Shown here piece after piece: positions 41,217 to 54,735 of a stretch of DNA of 64,000 nucleotides. The stretch is taken from assembly GCA_964016885.1 (NCBI GenBank), contig OZ024741.1, positions 239,196,001-239,260,000 on the forward strand, given 5' to 3'. Every line of letters starts with the position of its first letter. Positions within the stretch are counted from its first letter, which is position 1. A program made the translations under genes and the position numbers. The notes under the pieces are model-generated. The model had not been told where the DNA came from. It saw only the letters and a list, made by a program, of their open reading frames with translations, and made no database searches. This stretch comes from Eledone cirrhosa (taxonomy: Eukaryota).

Positions 41217-41836
41217 CAAGCAGTGGTACTCGGCATTGCACGGGATAAGGTATTTTGGAACGCGGGCCGCCAACAGACCTAATCATGGAAAAACTGCATG
41301 CCTGGACAATATGCAAGGAAAATAAACCGAATACTCTGACGGCTGGATAATCTTTAAGATTTTCCTCGATGAAGCAGGAAAAATGCAGGTTTCCACCTAG
41401 GGAATCAAGAAAATGAATTTTTTTTATGTGCATAATATACCTTGAAATTTCAGGAAAATCGGCTAGACGTAACACCTCAAAAAAGCCCTAAAAAGCTGAA
41501 AAAATGAAGTGTTTCACCTAATGCGGGCCCTAGGCCATAAAAAGTTGGATTTTCTTTGCTCACGGTATGAAGAAGAGACTGACTAATACATAGTTACAAT
41601 TTCAAGGAAATCGGTCTGATGTAACGCCTCAAAAAAAAACCTAAAAAGCTGAAAAAAATGCAGTTTTTCACATAATGCGGGCCCTAGGGGATTTTTATGT
41701 GCATAACACTCCCTGAAACATAAGTAATACACATGTAAAGTTTGAAAAAAATCGGTTGGATACTTCGAGTTTTAGGGATTCAAACTCAGACACACACACA
41801 CAGACATCCTCAGTTTTATATATATATATATATAGA
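41217..41836 (-). mobile_element. Non-autonomous Helitron inserted into a MITE
   Basis: Minus strand A|TCTATATA.. start with (TG)n; end cccgtgcaatgccgag..CTTG|T; internal ~90-bp duplication (41450-41535 vs 41603-41690). Confidence 0.7.
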
Positions 41837-42713
41837 TGATGAAAGTGCTTTTAGCTAAATATACACAGGCTGTGTATAGCCATCCAATTTAGAATATGTA
41901 CACCTTATCCTTTTGTATCATAAGAAGCAAATAGAAGTATTGGTCAGGAAGAGCATCCTATTTTAAAACATCACCTCAAAACGTCTTGTCCAACCCATGC
42001 TAGCTTGGAAAAGTTGGCATAAAAAACAATGATGATAATGATAAACACTTAAAAACAAACGGTTTTGTATCATAAAACCAGGGCAATTTCCTGGGGTTTG
42101 GTATCAAAAGTTTCAATGAACTGTTTAACAATGCAGTGTTAAAACTACACATGTAATATATAGAAATTATGTAGCTATGCCCATTTAAACAAAAATGAAT
42201 TAAGAAATATTTCAGTATGAAAATATTTAACATAAAATAGCAAAACATGATAATTGATGACTTTCTTATTAATAGTAAGAGTGGTAATCAAAAAATTCCT
42301 TGGATATTTTTTAGTAAAGACACATGGTTTAATGTTTAAGGTGTTGGACTCATAATCATAAGGTTCGATTCCTGGAATGGGCAACATGTAAAGTGTCCCT
42401 GAGCAAGACACTTCATTTTATATTTCCCCAGTTCATTCAGCTAAAAGAAAAAAGTACTAGTAGCAGATGACAGTTAACCTTGCAACAGACTAGCATCCCA
42501 TCCAGGAGGATGTTTTGTACTCTTGACTGCTTAACATCACATGAAACCAGTTCTGGTCTGATGAATGTCAAGACCCAAGAAAGACTTCAGCTTCTATTCT
42601 TGGATATTTTTTTAATTTAATTCTAGAAAAGACTATGAATAGCCAATACTTAGGGACATAAATAAAGAGGTTGATTGATATATATAATATGCCTCACTTT
42701 AATTTTTTTTTCT

Positions 42714-42947
42714 TCCAGTCTTCAGGATAGTAATGGCTTCTAGACTGACTATATCTGTCTGATATCTCTCCTCGATTACCTGACATCACAGATACACTGT
42801 TGTTACCTTGATAGATCAACTGTCTCATCTCATAACATTGGTATGCCTGTTTCCCTTCTGTTGTTCTAGCTGAGTTATTTCTCACATTGTTACATCTCAC
42901 AATACACAATGTTATAGAAACCACAATAGCTATAGATACTATCACAG
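42714..42947 (-). pseudogene. Partial duplicate of the protocadherin TM/juxtamembrane coding region (copy of 58485-58721)
   Basis: Direct alignment: 234 vs 237 nt, about 3-4 substitutions plus a net 3-nt deletion. ORF 42694..42945 repeats IVSIAIVVSITLCIVRC...HYYPEDW. No ectodomain sequence upstream. Confidence 0.9.
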
Positions 42948-45125
42948 TTCTGAATGATAGAGATGATAGGACTTATGTATTTAATGTGAATTGGACTGTT
43001 TCAAGATGGAGATTAGGTTATATTTGTAGAGAAGTTATTATTTAGTTCAGGTTAGATCTGATTCAGTAGTAGAATTTTTCAGATTCCAGTTTTTACTCTA
43101 AATGATTATTCCTATGACCAAAGACATTTCAGCCATGGTTCAAGATGGTAGAGTTTAATTTTTGAGAATTTGGTTGCTATTTCTAGCAGGTTGAGCGATC
43201 ATATATAGGCCCCTTTGTTGGCTTATATTAATGTTATTGGTCAGCTCTGTTCAGGTACAGATATAACTAATCAAACATTTATAAGACACACATTAGTCAT
43301 ATCCTTATATTTCAGTCTAGTCAGCATATATCTGTGATAGTGTCATCTCAATATGACTCATTCATGAACCCAGCACAGAATTTGATCCAAATCTTAATCA
43401 ATCTTGTAGCTATGCCAGTGTATAATGTATCAATCAGCCTTTTGATACCAAACCAACTGAAACCACCTTGGATTTATGATACCAAGCTGGTAATTTTAAA
43501 ATGTATATCTTTATATTAAAATCTTTCATCCTAATTTTATTTTAGAAATTTTTCCTAATTAACATTTTACATACCAACTTATTTATTTTTTTTAATTACC
43601 CCAAATGTTTGGTTATTCTAAAAATTAATTGAAACACAGCAGATTATTTCATTAGAAATATTGTGATGAAAAAGTTAAGCAAATGAAAGTGGACAAGGAG
43701 ACTTATATAATGTCCCTTACTCTGTTCAATATAGTAGCCAAACCTCATTCAAAAATGTCCATACCATTTTCAAAGTAGAAATCACATATATCAAGAAGAG
43801 TGGCTGAAAGTACATGGTTTAGTATTTAAGGTGTTCAGCTTACAATCATGAGGTCATGAGTTCAATTCCAGGCAGCACATTGTGTCCTTGAGGAAGACAT
43901 TATATTTCACATTGCTCAAGTCCACTCAGCTGACAAAAATGTGTTGTACCTGTAATTCTATGGGCCAGCCTTATCACACCCTGTGTCATGCTAAATCTTC
44001 ATGAGAACTATATTAACGATACACATGTCTGTGGAATGTTCAGCCACTTGCATGTTAATTTCACAAGCAAACTGTTCTGTTGATCAAATCAACTGGAATA
44101 CTCATTGTCAGACCTAGAAAGGTGGGTGTTCTATTTGATTATAGTCCTTGGAATGAAGATCTACATGTAATCTTAGATATATTGAGTTGCGAGAGAGTCA
44201 AGGTAGATATAGAGGGTGAGTTGTTTATAGTTTCAGTGGAAGAAGCAGGCTTCAAACAAAACCAACACTAAGTGAAATATTTAAAGTTTTGGGAAGGAAA
44301 GCTTTATCAAGTAATTTGTTGGCTAGATTTTGAATGTGAACAAAAATAATCAAAGAAAGTAGGCTATCTCAGATTTAAAAAATTATAAAGATAAGAATTA
44401 CATATAACTCCTTAAACAGTAAAAAAAAGTCAAGACATCAGTATATCAAGTTTGGTATCTTGACTGTATTTGTGATTTACTATTCCTTATAGTTACAGCT
44501 GTTTATTATTCAACTCTGGTGTAAATAAGAGAAAATAAAAATGTCTTTCCAAGAATTCAAGTTGAAAATCCTAAGTTGTTTTGGTTATAACTTCACTATA
44601 AAAAAAAATAAATAACTTTTTATTACTTCTAGAATGTTGTTTTATCAACAGAACTATTCAACATGAATTATCTAACAAAGTAAAATGTATTAAGTTTTTT
44701 TTTTCATTCTCATCAACAATATATTTTATTGCAAATTGAAACTGCTAACAACAGCTGATTATTCACTATGTTCCCAAATTTATATTTCTTCAGATATGTT
44801 CTACTAACAGATATGAAGAAATATTATAAAGGTGTATATATATATATATGGTGTCATGTTAAAATGCACCCAACCCATACTGTAAAGTGGTAGTACTGGT
44901 ACCACAATAAAAAGCACCCAGTCCTCTCTGTCAGCAAGTAGCAATAGAACCACAAGAAAATAACTTGGCACATGCCATGAAGTTGTCAGTGTTAGGAAGG
45001 GCATCCAGTTGTAGAAAACATGCTAGAATGGAACCTATGAGCAAGGCACAGTCATTTGATCTGTCTAGCATCAGAATGTCACAACCCATCTAACCCATGC
45101 AAGCATGGAAAATAGGCATAAAACA

Positions 45126-45157
<32 letters not shown>

Positions 45158-45934
45158 CTTCATAGTTGAGGCCATAGTTTCTATCCATGTAGAACATTTG
45201 TTTATCTGAAATAAAAGAATAATTTATTAGGACCAATATAGATTGTCGACATCAACAGAATCATGTTTGGGAACAAGCTGCACATGTGACTCATTCGTTT
45301 AAACTCTCAGTCAATTTAAAACAAACAAGATCTTCCTATCTCTGACATTAACCTGTTTATGTTATTGTCATATTGATGAAGGTAGGTGGTGGATTGGCAG
45401 AATCATTAGTGCATCACATGGAATGTATTAGTCTTTATGGCTCTCTACATTCTGGTTTCAAATCCCACCGAAATCAACTTTGCCTTTCATCCTTCAGAGG
45501 GTTAATAAAATAAAATACCAGTTAAATTCTGGTTTTGACTACCTCTTCCCCTACAAATTGCCATCCTTGTGCTTAAATCAAAGACAATTATTTAGTCCTA
45601 GGCCAATTCTGATTTAGCATACTTATGATCAAAGAGATTCCTTCTATTACCATCCTGTATCCCTGTCCCCAAATAACTAGAAATGCCTTATCCAATGTGT
45701 CCTTTCTTTTTAAGATGGTGGGGTGTAATATGAAGGAAGTTTGATTGCTATTTATAGCAGCTAAATGACCACATAGAGACTCACCTGTCTATGTAGCCAA
45801 TATTTCAAAGATGTATTGGGATGATTTTTATTTTATAATGAACAAACAATGAAAACAAAATGAGATTTATAATTATAATGATTTTGGACTATTAACCTCA
45901 TTTTAAAGATGAAACAGCTTTTAATGTTTACATT

Positions 45935-46268
45935 ATCATCATTTCATTTTACGTCCGCTTTTTCCCTGATTGCAAGGGTGGGATGGGAACTGATTCTGGC
46001 TTGATTTCTACAGCTGGATGCCCTTCCTAACAACAACCTCATTTACAGTGAGTGCTGGGTGCTTTTTTGCCGTGGCACCTCCACGACCACTTTGCAGTAG
46101 AATGATATGGACCCCAGTCCCTATCATCTCATTTCTAGAGCTGAGTAAACTGGAGCAATGTGAAATAAAGTGTCTTGCTCAAGGAAACAACACATCACCC
46201 GGTCTGAGAATTGAACTCACCTTTCGATTGCAAGGCTAATGCTCTAACCACTAAGCCATGTGCCTCCA
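45935..46268 (-). mobile_element. SINE family B copy
   Basis: Near-identical to 56020-56358. Confidence 0.85.
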
Positions 46269-46344
46269 TATATATTATATTTTCATTGATTTGATCTCTG
46301 ATCATCATAAGGAACCTTTGATTTTATTTCAATTTGTATCTGTT

Positions 46345-47363
46345 ATCATCATCATCAACGTTTAACGTCCGTGTTCCACGCTTGCATGGGTTTGGATGGG
46401 GGTATTCTCACTTGAGGCAAGAGTGATTGTCTTGCTCGCATAGGACTGTCTGGCAGGTTTTCTACAGTTGGATGCCCTTCCTAACACCAACCACATTTAC
46501 AGTGTGGGACTGGGAGGTTTTTACCGTGTTGCCTACACGGCCACATTACAGCGTGGACTGTGTGTTTTTTTGTCGTGACACCTACACAATCTCATTTGTT
46601 TCGGCCTGGATGTTGTGGCACCAACATAACTTTACATAGGAGGGGTGGTGTGGATGGGGTGTGGGTGGTGGGACGGGGGTGTATTTTGTTAGGGATGCCT
46701 ACTGGCTGTAGTAGGTTTTACTATGTATTTAGGTAAGGCGGGTCTTCTCTATTACTGAGTACCGCCAAAGGTCTCGGTCCAGTGACATTGTCTTGGAGAG
46801 GTGTAATTGTGTGAGGTCGGAGTTTATCAGCTCGTCCCAGGATTTTCTAGGTCTGCCTATTCCGTGGCTACCGTCTATCTTTATTGCCCTGCACTTTGTT
46901 ATACAGCTATCGACTTTCATGCGCATCACGTGTCCGTACCAACGTAGCCTTCTCTCGAGTAAACAACATCTGATCCCTCTTATTTCTAATTTTTTCCTTA
47001 GTTCGTTTATGCTTTGCCGTTCACGTATATTACTATTACACATCCAGCGGAGCATGCAAGCTTCGTTCCTCTCTAGTCTGCGTATACCCTCTGCGCACAA
47101 TGCCCAGGTTTCACTGCCATGTAACATTGCTGTTCGTATGCAGGCATCATACAACCTGCCTTTCATTTTTAGGGAGAACCCTTTAGCGGCTAATAGTGGT
47201 ATAAGCTCTCTGAACTTTTTCCATCCAGTTCTGACTCTAGCTACTGTACTTTTGGAGCACCCTCCCCCACTGCTGATTTTGTCACCCAGGTAACGGAAGC
47301 TGTCCACTATTTCTATAGAGCCCTCTGCGCAATTGAAAGAGTTAGTATTTTGTGGGCACTCGC
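46345..47363 (-). mobile_element. 5'-truncated RTE LINE, same subfamily as 25028-26690
   Basis: ORF 46729..47391 nearly identical to the C-terminal half of 25389..26636; same 3' UTR. Confidence 0.92.
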
Positions 47364-47561
47364 TATATATATATATATATAAAATCACCATTTAATGTCT
47401 ATTTTCTATGCTCATATAAGTTAGATGGGCTGTCACGGTATCAGGCTAGACAAGTTAGGTGACCACATCATGCTCATATGATCCGTTTTTGCTTTCTATG
47501 GCTGGATGCCCTTCCTAATGCCAACCACCTTACAAAGTTGACTAGGTGTTTTTTGTTGTGC

Positions 47562-47592
<31 letters not shown>

Positions 47593-48011
47593 GTGTGTGT
47601 GTGTGGAGGATGATCGTTGGGTAAAGAAGTGCCATGAAATCGCAGTAGAAAGGAAGACGCAGTAGAGGAAGACCATGAAAAACATGGGCGGAGGTGGTGA
47701 GAGCTGACCTCAGATCGCTGAAGCTCATGGAGGACCGTGACAAGTGGAGAGGTGCGATACAGAATATTACATGCCATAAGCGGATGCATAAGTGCTCAAT
47801 GCTTGGGTTAACAGGGTTAAATATTAGAGAAGGTTAAGCAGAGCGGTGAATAGCAAAATAATTTATGAAAGAGTTACAAGCTGTTAAAACGTATCTTTAT
47901 AAAGCTCTAAGCCGCTAAAACATATCTTTATAAAGATATGTTTTAACGTAGAGAGAGAGGGGGGAGAGAGAGAGAGGGGGGGGAGAGAGAGAAAGAGAGA
48001 GAGAGCGAGAG

Positions 48012-48060
<49 letters not shown>

Positions 48061-48244
48061 GAGAGAGAGAGAGTACCAAACATGATTCAAACTAAGAACC
48101 ATAATTTCTAAACTAATGATAGTAACACTTATTAACTCTGTCATGGACACATGCACATTTAATACTACATTTCTAGGTTATTCAAATTTCTTTTCACAAC
48201 AGCTATATTAAGATGATGCTTGGCTTACTGATTCAATTTTCAGC

Positions 48245-48635
48245 AAGTTCTATATTCATATTGATTAAATTTATGATTAGCTCTATATGTATTGATACAG
48301 TTTAAGGTCAGTTCTATATGTATTTATTTAGTTTAAGGCCAGCTCTATACTTACTAATGTAGTTTAAAGTCAGCTCTATACTTACTAATGTAGTTTAAAG
48401 TCAGCTCTATATTTATTGATTTAGTTGAAGGTCAGTTCTATATGCATTGATACAATTTAAGGTCAGTTCTATATGTATTGATACAATTTAAGGTCAGTTC
48501 TATATGTATTTAGTTTACAGTCAGTTCTGTACATACTGACGCAGTTTACAGTCAGCTCTATATGTATTGATACAGTTTAAGGTCAGTTCTATGTGTATTG
48601 ATTCAGTTTACAGTCAGCTCTATATGTACTGATTC
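48245..48635. repeat. 30-bp minisatellite (agtttaaggtcagctctatatgtattgat.)
   Basis: About 13 tandem degenerate units. Confidence 0.88.
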
Positions 48636-50689
48636 TTTTATTTTTCTAACCTTCCACCATATTTCTGTAACAATTATGGAAATATCATTCCATAACAGTA
48701 CCTTATTTTCTATCATTCATGACAGCAATAATGACTTGTCTATGTTCCTCTATTCTGATTTCTAGGAGGTCTCTCAGTTTCTCAATATAAGACTTGCAAA
48801 TATGGAATGAACTGAAATAAGTGTATTTGTCATTCTGAAAAACATTTTTTTGACAAACTTTATACGTGAGGGGGCACCATGATCTTTTAAATGTTTAGGG
48901 CCTCAAAAGAACTTAATCAATCTCAGGATGTAGTTCTTAAGCTCTAGCAATTCTTGAATAGGCTTTAAAACTGAAGACTACATTGTGTGGTGTTACTTTA
49001 GAAAACAGTTCTGATGTTTTGTGTGCTGCAGATTCTCCAGATTTTCTCAGATATTCCCTTACGGTAAATTGAAGGTACAGTGGAATTTAGTTTGATGTCG
49101 AAAGGTCTTTGGAGTAACGTTAATTGATAAAGTGCGTAACTCGGAGATCAGGTAGAGCTGCTACTTCTCCGAATTGAGAGATCACAGCTCCGATACTATG
49201 GGCATGTGGTTAGAATGTCTCAGGAAAGAATCGCTGGATTTTATGGGCAAAACCATCCGGCAAGAGACCCAGGGGTAGACTCCGAATAAGATGGTTGGAT
49301 AACATCCATGAGCTTGGCTAGGTATTTGCTATATGGAAATGTATTTTATCATTAACTCAATTTTTCTTATTTTTATTCAGTGTTGTAGACATTTTGAAAA
49401 TTCCTTTTTTAATACTGTACAGATAGTGAGATTCATAGTATTGGCTATTGCTGGTTAAGGCCCAGGTCAGCCCTAAGCGAGTTGACCAGTGATCAAAGGC
49501 ATTCCAGTTATGATCATCCTATTTTGAACATTATCTAATATATTATTATTCTTAAGAGTGTAAGGTGTAATTTGAGTGAGATTTGACTGCTATTTCAACC
49601 AGATTAAGATATCATGTAGAGGATCTCACATTGGCTCAGCTCTCATTTCTAATTTAAGTAGACTCCAGTAGCAGTAGGTTTTCAAACTGGATTGATATGT
49701 TGAATATACCTGGTCAGTTCATGTGGTTTAACAAGACCCTGAACCCATTCATGGCATGTCTAGAGTGAAGGTGTCATCCACATATATTAACAGGTTTCAA
49801 TGTTTTTTTTCTTTTTTGGAGTGAAGTTTTAAAAATACTCTATGTAGATGTTTGCCATTAGTGAGATAATGGTGAAAACACAGTCATCCCTTCTACTTGT
49901 TGGAAAATATCCTTATTAATTTGGAAATTAGCATTCTTAGCTACAGTTTTAAAAACTTTATCAGAGCTGGATTGAGTCAATTTGAGGCCCTAAACACTTA
50001 AAAGGTTATTGTGTCCCCCTACTAGAAAACTTAATAATTGTATTAATAATAACAGTAATTTGTCTTTTAAATGAAATATAATTAAAGTAAGTTGTATCCT
50101 TCTTAAAAGTGAATTATCAACTATACTGTGCACTGAAGTTGAAGGGCCAACTCAAGAACTCTAGATTTAACTTTACGACAATATATCTACAGTACCAGAA
50201 TCAAAATCAAGCACACATGTATATCATGACTCATACACTGTTCACTTTCCTGACATTTGTACATTATTCTATGTACTATACATGCGCCTTTGATGAGTTG
50301 TAGTACACTTGAGCACTGTACACAATAATTTCATTATTATTATTATTATTGGGTAATTGCTGGCCTTGTGCCAAAAGTAGAAACAATTATTATTGGCCGA
50401 ATCGGTAGAAGGTTGGACGCCATGCTTTCCAGCATAGAGTTACATCCCTTTACGGTCTGAGTTCCAATCCCGTCGAAGTTAACTTTGCCTTTCATCCTTA
50501 CGGGGTCAATAAAATAAAGTACTGGTAATGCACTGGGATAATTGCTGGTCTTGCCAAAAGTAGAAACAATTATTATTATTATTTATTATCCTCAACCACA
50601 GTTCCCTTTTAATAACATCATGTGAAAACAGATATGTTTACTTCTGTGCATGTGTGATCTGCATGTACCATTCACAGTTCAAGATTCAG

Positions 50690-50925
50690 TTCGCCTCGTG
50701 GTCCTGGCCAACAAAATGGAGAAGACATTGCCCCAGAAGATGGCGAGGGAGACCTGCTGGAACAACCATTCCACCTAACAGGGCACACACTTTTGAGTAG
50801 CCAACTCCGCTCCCGATAGCAGTAAGTAAGGATGTAGTCCGAGGGCCAAAACTGCCAGGTGTCTCCACTGCCACAGGCTTGACCACAAATCTGTCAGAGA
50901 GCAGCCGATATAGTCAGCTTCACTC
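50690..50925 (-). mobile_element. Remnant of a restriction-like-endonuclease (CRE-type) non-LTR retrotransposon C-terminus
   Basis: YRLLSDRFVVKPVAVETPGSFGP..LLTAIG, then after a frameshift EWLFQQVSLAIFWGNVFSIL; resembles the PVAVET.G..G / FQR.S.AIQRGNA.SI motif. Confidence 0.6.
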
Positions 50926-51647
50926 AATACTATATGCCAACATAAGAATATATATTTAACACATCTCTATAATACTATGTAAACATAAGAATACATATTT
51001 TACTACTCTATAATACTATGTGTTATAGATATATATTCAGCTTTACTCAAAAGACTGTAGCTACACAAAAATGTATATTCAGTTTTACTTTATAATTGTA
51101 TAGCTACACAAGAATGTATATTTAACCTTATTCTACAATAGTATGCCTGTTTGGACTTTTGGTGGGGTTGTAGGAGCACCATCATGACAGAGAGTATGTC
51201 TTTGGCATTTTAAACCTGGTGGAACCCATTCCTCTCCCTGTCTGGAGACAGCTGATTTCTTGTAGAGAAAGAGAGGAAGAATCGACTCCAGTACTAGACT
51301 GGTACATTTTTATTGACCTTGAAAGGATGAAAGCAAAGATGACCATGGCGGGATTTGAACTCAGAGCACAGAGAGCTGAAATACACACTGCAAAATATTC
51401 TATCTGATGTTCCAACAGCTCAGCTAATTCACTGCCTCCCTACAATAGTATAGCTCGGTATGAATGAATATTTAAGTTTACTCTATGCAAATGTGCAACA
51501 TAAAGACAGATAGATATAAGGGAGAGAAATGTTTAACAACAATAACTCCATCTTTAGTCTACAACTTCATATTACTATTTTCACTACACATACAGTAAAT
51601 ACCATGAAAAACGTCCCACCATAGCGCAAGAGTATTAGAATTATTTC

Positions 51648-51692
<45 letters not shown>

Positions 51693-52234
51693 CCAATTAA
51701 AAAAATTTATAAAATGACCTTCATAATACCCTCATAATTCCCCACCATCTTTGACAGCCAGATTATAAGCCAATGAAGGAACCTCTTTGTGAAAGCTCAA
51801 CCTGCTACAAGTAGAAACTAATATTCCCTCGAGGCACAACCCATATGAGTTAAGTAAGGAAAGGGCACAATATGTGTAGACCTAATTAGCCCCTAAAAGT
51901 ATGCAATTGTCACAGCTGGGATGCTTTTGATCATTGACATTGACTTAAACAACAACAAACAAAATAATTATATAAACAAAAAAAAAGACAAACTTACTTT
52001 TATTACAGAAAGTGTTGTTGTCTTTATTATCTGTGACATGTTAAGTATCATGTTAAGTATTATGGAATATCCACCATTGTGACAGCCGAGTTGGTGGGAC
52101 ACAGGCTTTTTGATGGTGGATTTAAGATACAGTTAGATAAACAACCCTGCCGTGTCTGTTACTGAATATGTGGGAATGGAACTCATTTCAACTGAATTCT
52201 CACTTGATTAAAGGTTTCCTACTGTTAATTTGAT

Positions 52235-53195
52235 GGATTGGCAGTATCGGTAGAGGGTCGGTCGCCATGCTTTGAAGCATAGAGTTACCTCCCTTTATGA
52301 TCTGAGTTCAAATCCCACTGAGGTTAACTTTGCCTTTCATCATTACGGGGTCGATAAAATAAAGTACCAGTAATGCACTGGGATAATTGCTGGCCTTGTG
52401 TCAAAAGTAGAAACAATTATTATTATTAGGGCGGTGGATTGGCAGCATAGGTAGAGCGTCGAACAATATGTTTCGCAGTATAAAATTATTGTCTTTTACG
52501 TTCTCTGTCTAAATCCTGCCAAGGTTAGCTTTGCCTTTGTCAATAAAATAGAGCACCAGGAATATACTGTGGTCAATTTAATCGACTTTCCCTTTTCCCC
52601 AAATTGTTGGCCTTGTGCCTAAAGCAGAAACTATTATTATTATTATTAATAATAATTGTTTCTACTTTAGGCACAAGGCCAGCAATTACACAGTGCATTA
52701 CTGGTACTTTATTTTATCGACCCCGTAAGGATGAAAGGCAAAGTCAACCTCGGCGGGATCTGAGTTCAAATCCCGCCGTGGTTGACTTTGCCTTTCATCC
52801 TTACGGGGTCGATAAAATAAAGTACCAGTAATGCACTGTGTAATTGCTGGCCTTGTGCCTAAAGTAGAAACAATTATTATTATTATTATTACTACTGTGG
52901 GTGGTTGGTTGGCAGAACTGTTAGAGCATCAGACAAAATGCTTGGTAGCATTTAGTTATAGCCTTTTATGTTCTGAGTTCAAAGTCTGACAAGGTCAGCT
53001 TTGTCTTTTATCTTTTCAAGGGTCGATAAAATAAAGCACCAGTAAAGTACTGGAGTCAATTTAATCGACCCCCTCCCCCTCCACATTGTCCGGATGTCAA
53101 TGAAATTAAGCACCAGTTAAGTACTGGCATCAATAGAATCAACTTTCTCCTTCCTCCTTATTGCTGGCTCTGTGCCAATGTCAAAAAAATTATTA
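52235..53195. mobile_element. Dense family-A SINE cluster including a head-to-head palindromic pair (52647-52882)
   Basis: Five copies of differing age separated by (TTA)n tails. Confidence 0.85.
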
Positions 53196-53610
53196 TTATA
53201 TACAAATAATAAAGAAATTATTATAATTTAATTTAAACATAATGTAAAGAAAGAGTTCATATGTTAATATGTGAGTATAGCCTAAAACAGCAGGTGGGGA
53301 ACAGTTTATGAAGCATAATTTAATGTTAATATGATTGCCAACAAATGACATTGTTGATATTAAATCAATAATATGTGACCTTATTTTCTGCTGTAAGGGA
53401 TATGGCAGTCACCCTGATCATATGACACCTAGTTTCATATTCTCAGTCTTTTGTTACACTTAATCACAGCTGCTAATAATTACACTCTTAATATGGGATT
53501 ATTGACAAATCAACAGCAATATTTATACTGAGTAATTTTTCCACATGATTAATATATTTATCGAACTTAGATCAAATTATGTTTAATAATCTGATTATCA
53601 AAATGATGCA

Positions 53611-53860
53611 TTAACCCTTTTGATACCAACCTGCCCGAAACTGCCCTTGTATCTGTGGTAAAACCATCCATTTTAAAGTGTTTATATCTAAATTAAAACC
53701 GTCCATCATAAATTTAAATAAGACTATTTTTATAATGTTTCAAATGTTAACTTAATGTAAAAGCTATTTTATTAAAACCTTCCAAATTCTTAGTTATTTT
53801 CAACATTAACTGAAACACATTTAATGTATTTCATGAGAAATATGGCAATGAAAGGGTTAA
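53611..53860. mobile_element. TTAA-flanked piggyBac-type MITE (~250 bp). Other copies near 7760-7990, 9200-9472, 39860-40036, 41069-42115 (interrupted), 43437-43680, 54276-54548, 55128-55342
   Basis: Termini ttaaccctttt.g.tacc ... gg.aatgaaagggttaa. Confidence 0.7.
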
Positions 53861-54096
53861 AGCAACTTGAAACGATATTTTCTCAAAAGCTATATCATCA
53901 AAGATAAAGAAGATGATTACTCAGGGGTTGCTTTGAAAATATTGCTTTTTTGGTTGAAATATCAGTAAAGTGTTAATATTTTCACACCCCATATAACAAG
54001 AGCAAGTGGTTGTTATAAGCTGAGTTTAAATCCACTAGTATTTGTATGTGTGCCTTATATTTACTTTGAAAATTGTTGTAAAATTGGCCTTGAAGG

Positions 54097-54194
54097 TCAA
54101 TTTATAGCAACATCTGGTGTTGAAGGTAACTGTGTCTCTGGGGGTTTCACATATCTGTCTTGGTAATGGTCTCTCTCATTGCTGCTATAGATTC
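54097..54194 (-). CDS. PCDH: Protocadherin terminal coding exon ((G)IYSSNERDHYQDRYVKPPETQLPSTPDVAIN*)
   Basis: Acceptor atgtttattttcag|GA. Phase 1 continues the frame for 31 codons to TGA at 54099-54097. Confidence 0.75.
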
Positions 54195-54584
54195 CTGAAA
54201 ATAAACATAATATACATGTTGAGTACATTTTCAATAAATAGAATATCTAAGATTACAAATTTACAGATAACTCGTTAACACTTTTGTTACCATATTCCTA
54301 ATGAAATACACTGCTTATATGTGTTTCATTTTATTTTGAAAATAATCAAGAATTTTGATAAATTTAATAAAATAACTTTTTCATTAGTAAAACTGATGTT
54401 TGGAACATTACTTAACAAAAACTTTGTTAAATAAAATTATGATGGAAGGTATTAATTTTAATTACAAACATGGAAGGTTTAAAATTGGCAGTTATATATT
54501 TAAAAAAAAATAGGGCTGTTTCAGGTGGGTTGGTATCAAAAGGGTTAAGCATAAGAAAAGAAACAAGTAAGATATTTTTTTTAC

Positions 54585-54735
54585 CTAAATTAGCAGGGAT
54601 TTCTTCATAGTGTCTTTCTGTAGAACTCCAATTTGGTTGGAAACCATTATAATTTCCCAGAAATCCAGTATGGTCAATGCTGTGCTGTTTTTCATCTCCA
54701 TATGATGATACCTCTATAGGTTGGCTGTAATTCTG
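54585..54735 (-). CDS. PCDH: Protocadherin coding exon 2 (cytoplasmic; QNYSQPIEVSSYGDEKQHSIDHTGFLGNYNGFQPNWSSTERHYEEIPANL)
   Basis: Acceptor ctcttttttccatatatag|cag and donor TTAG|gtaaaa. 151 nt, open in phase 0 matching the upstream donor, exits in phase 1. Confidence 0.8.
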
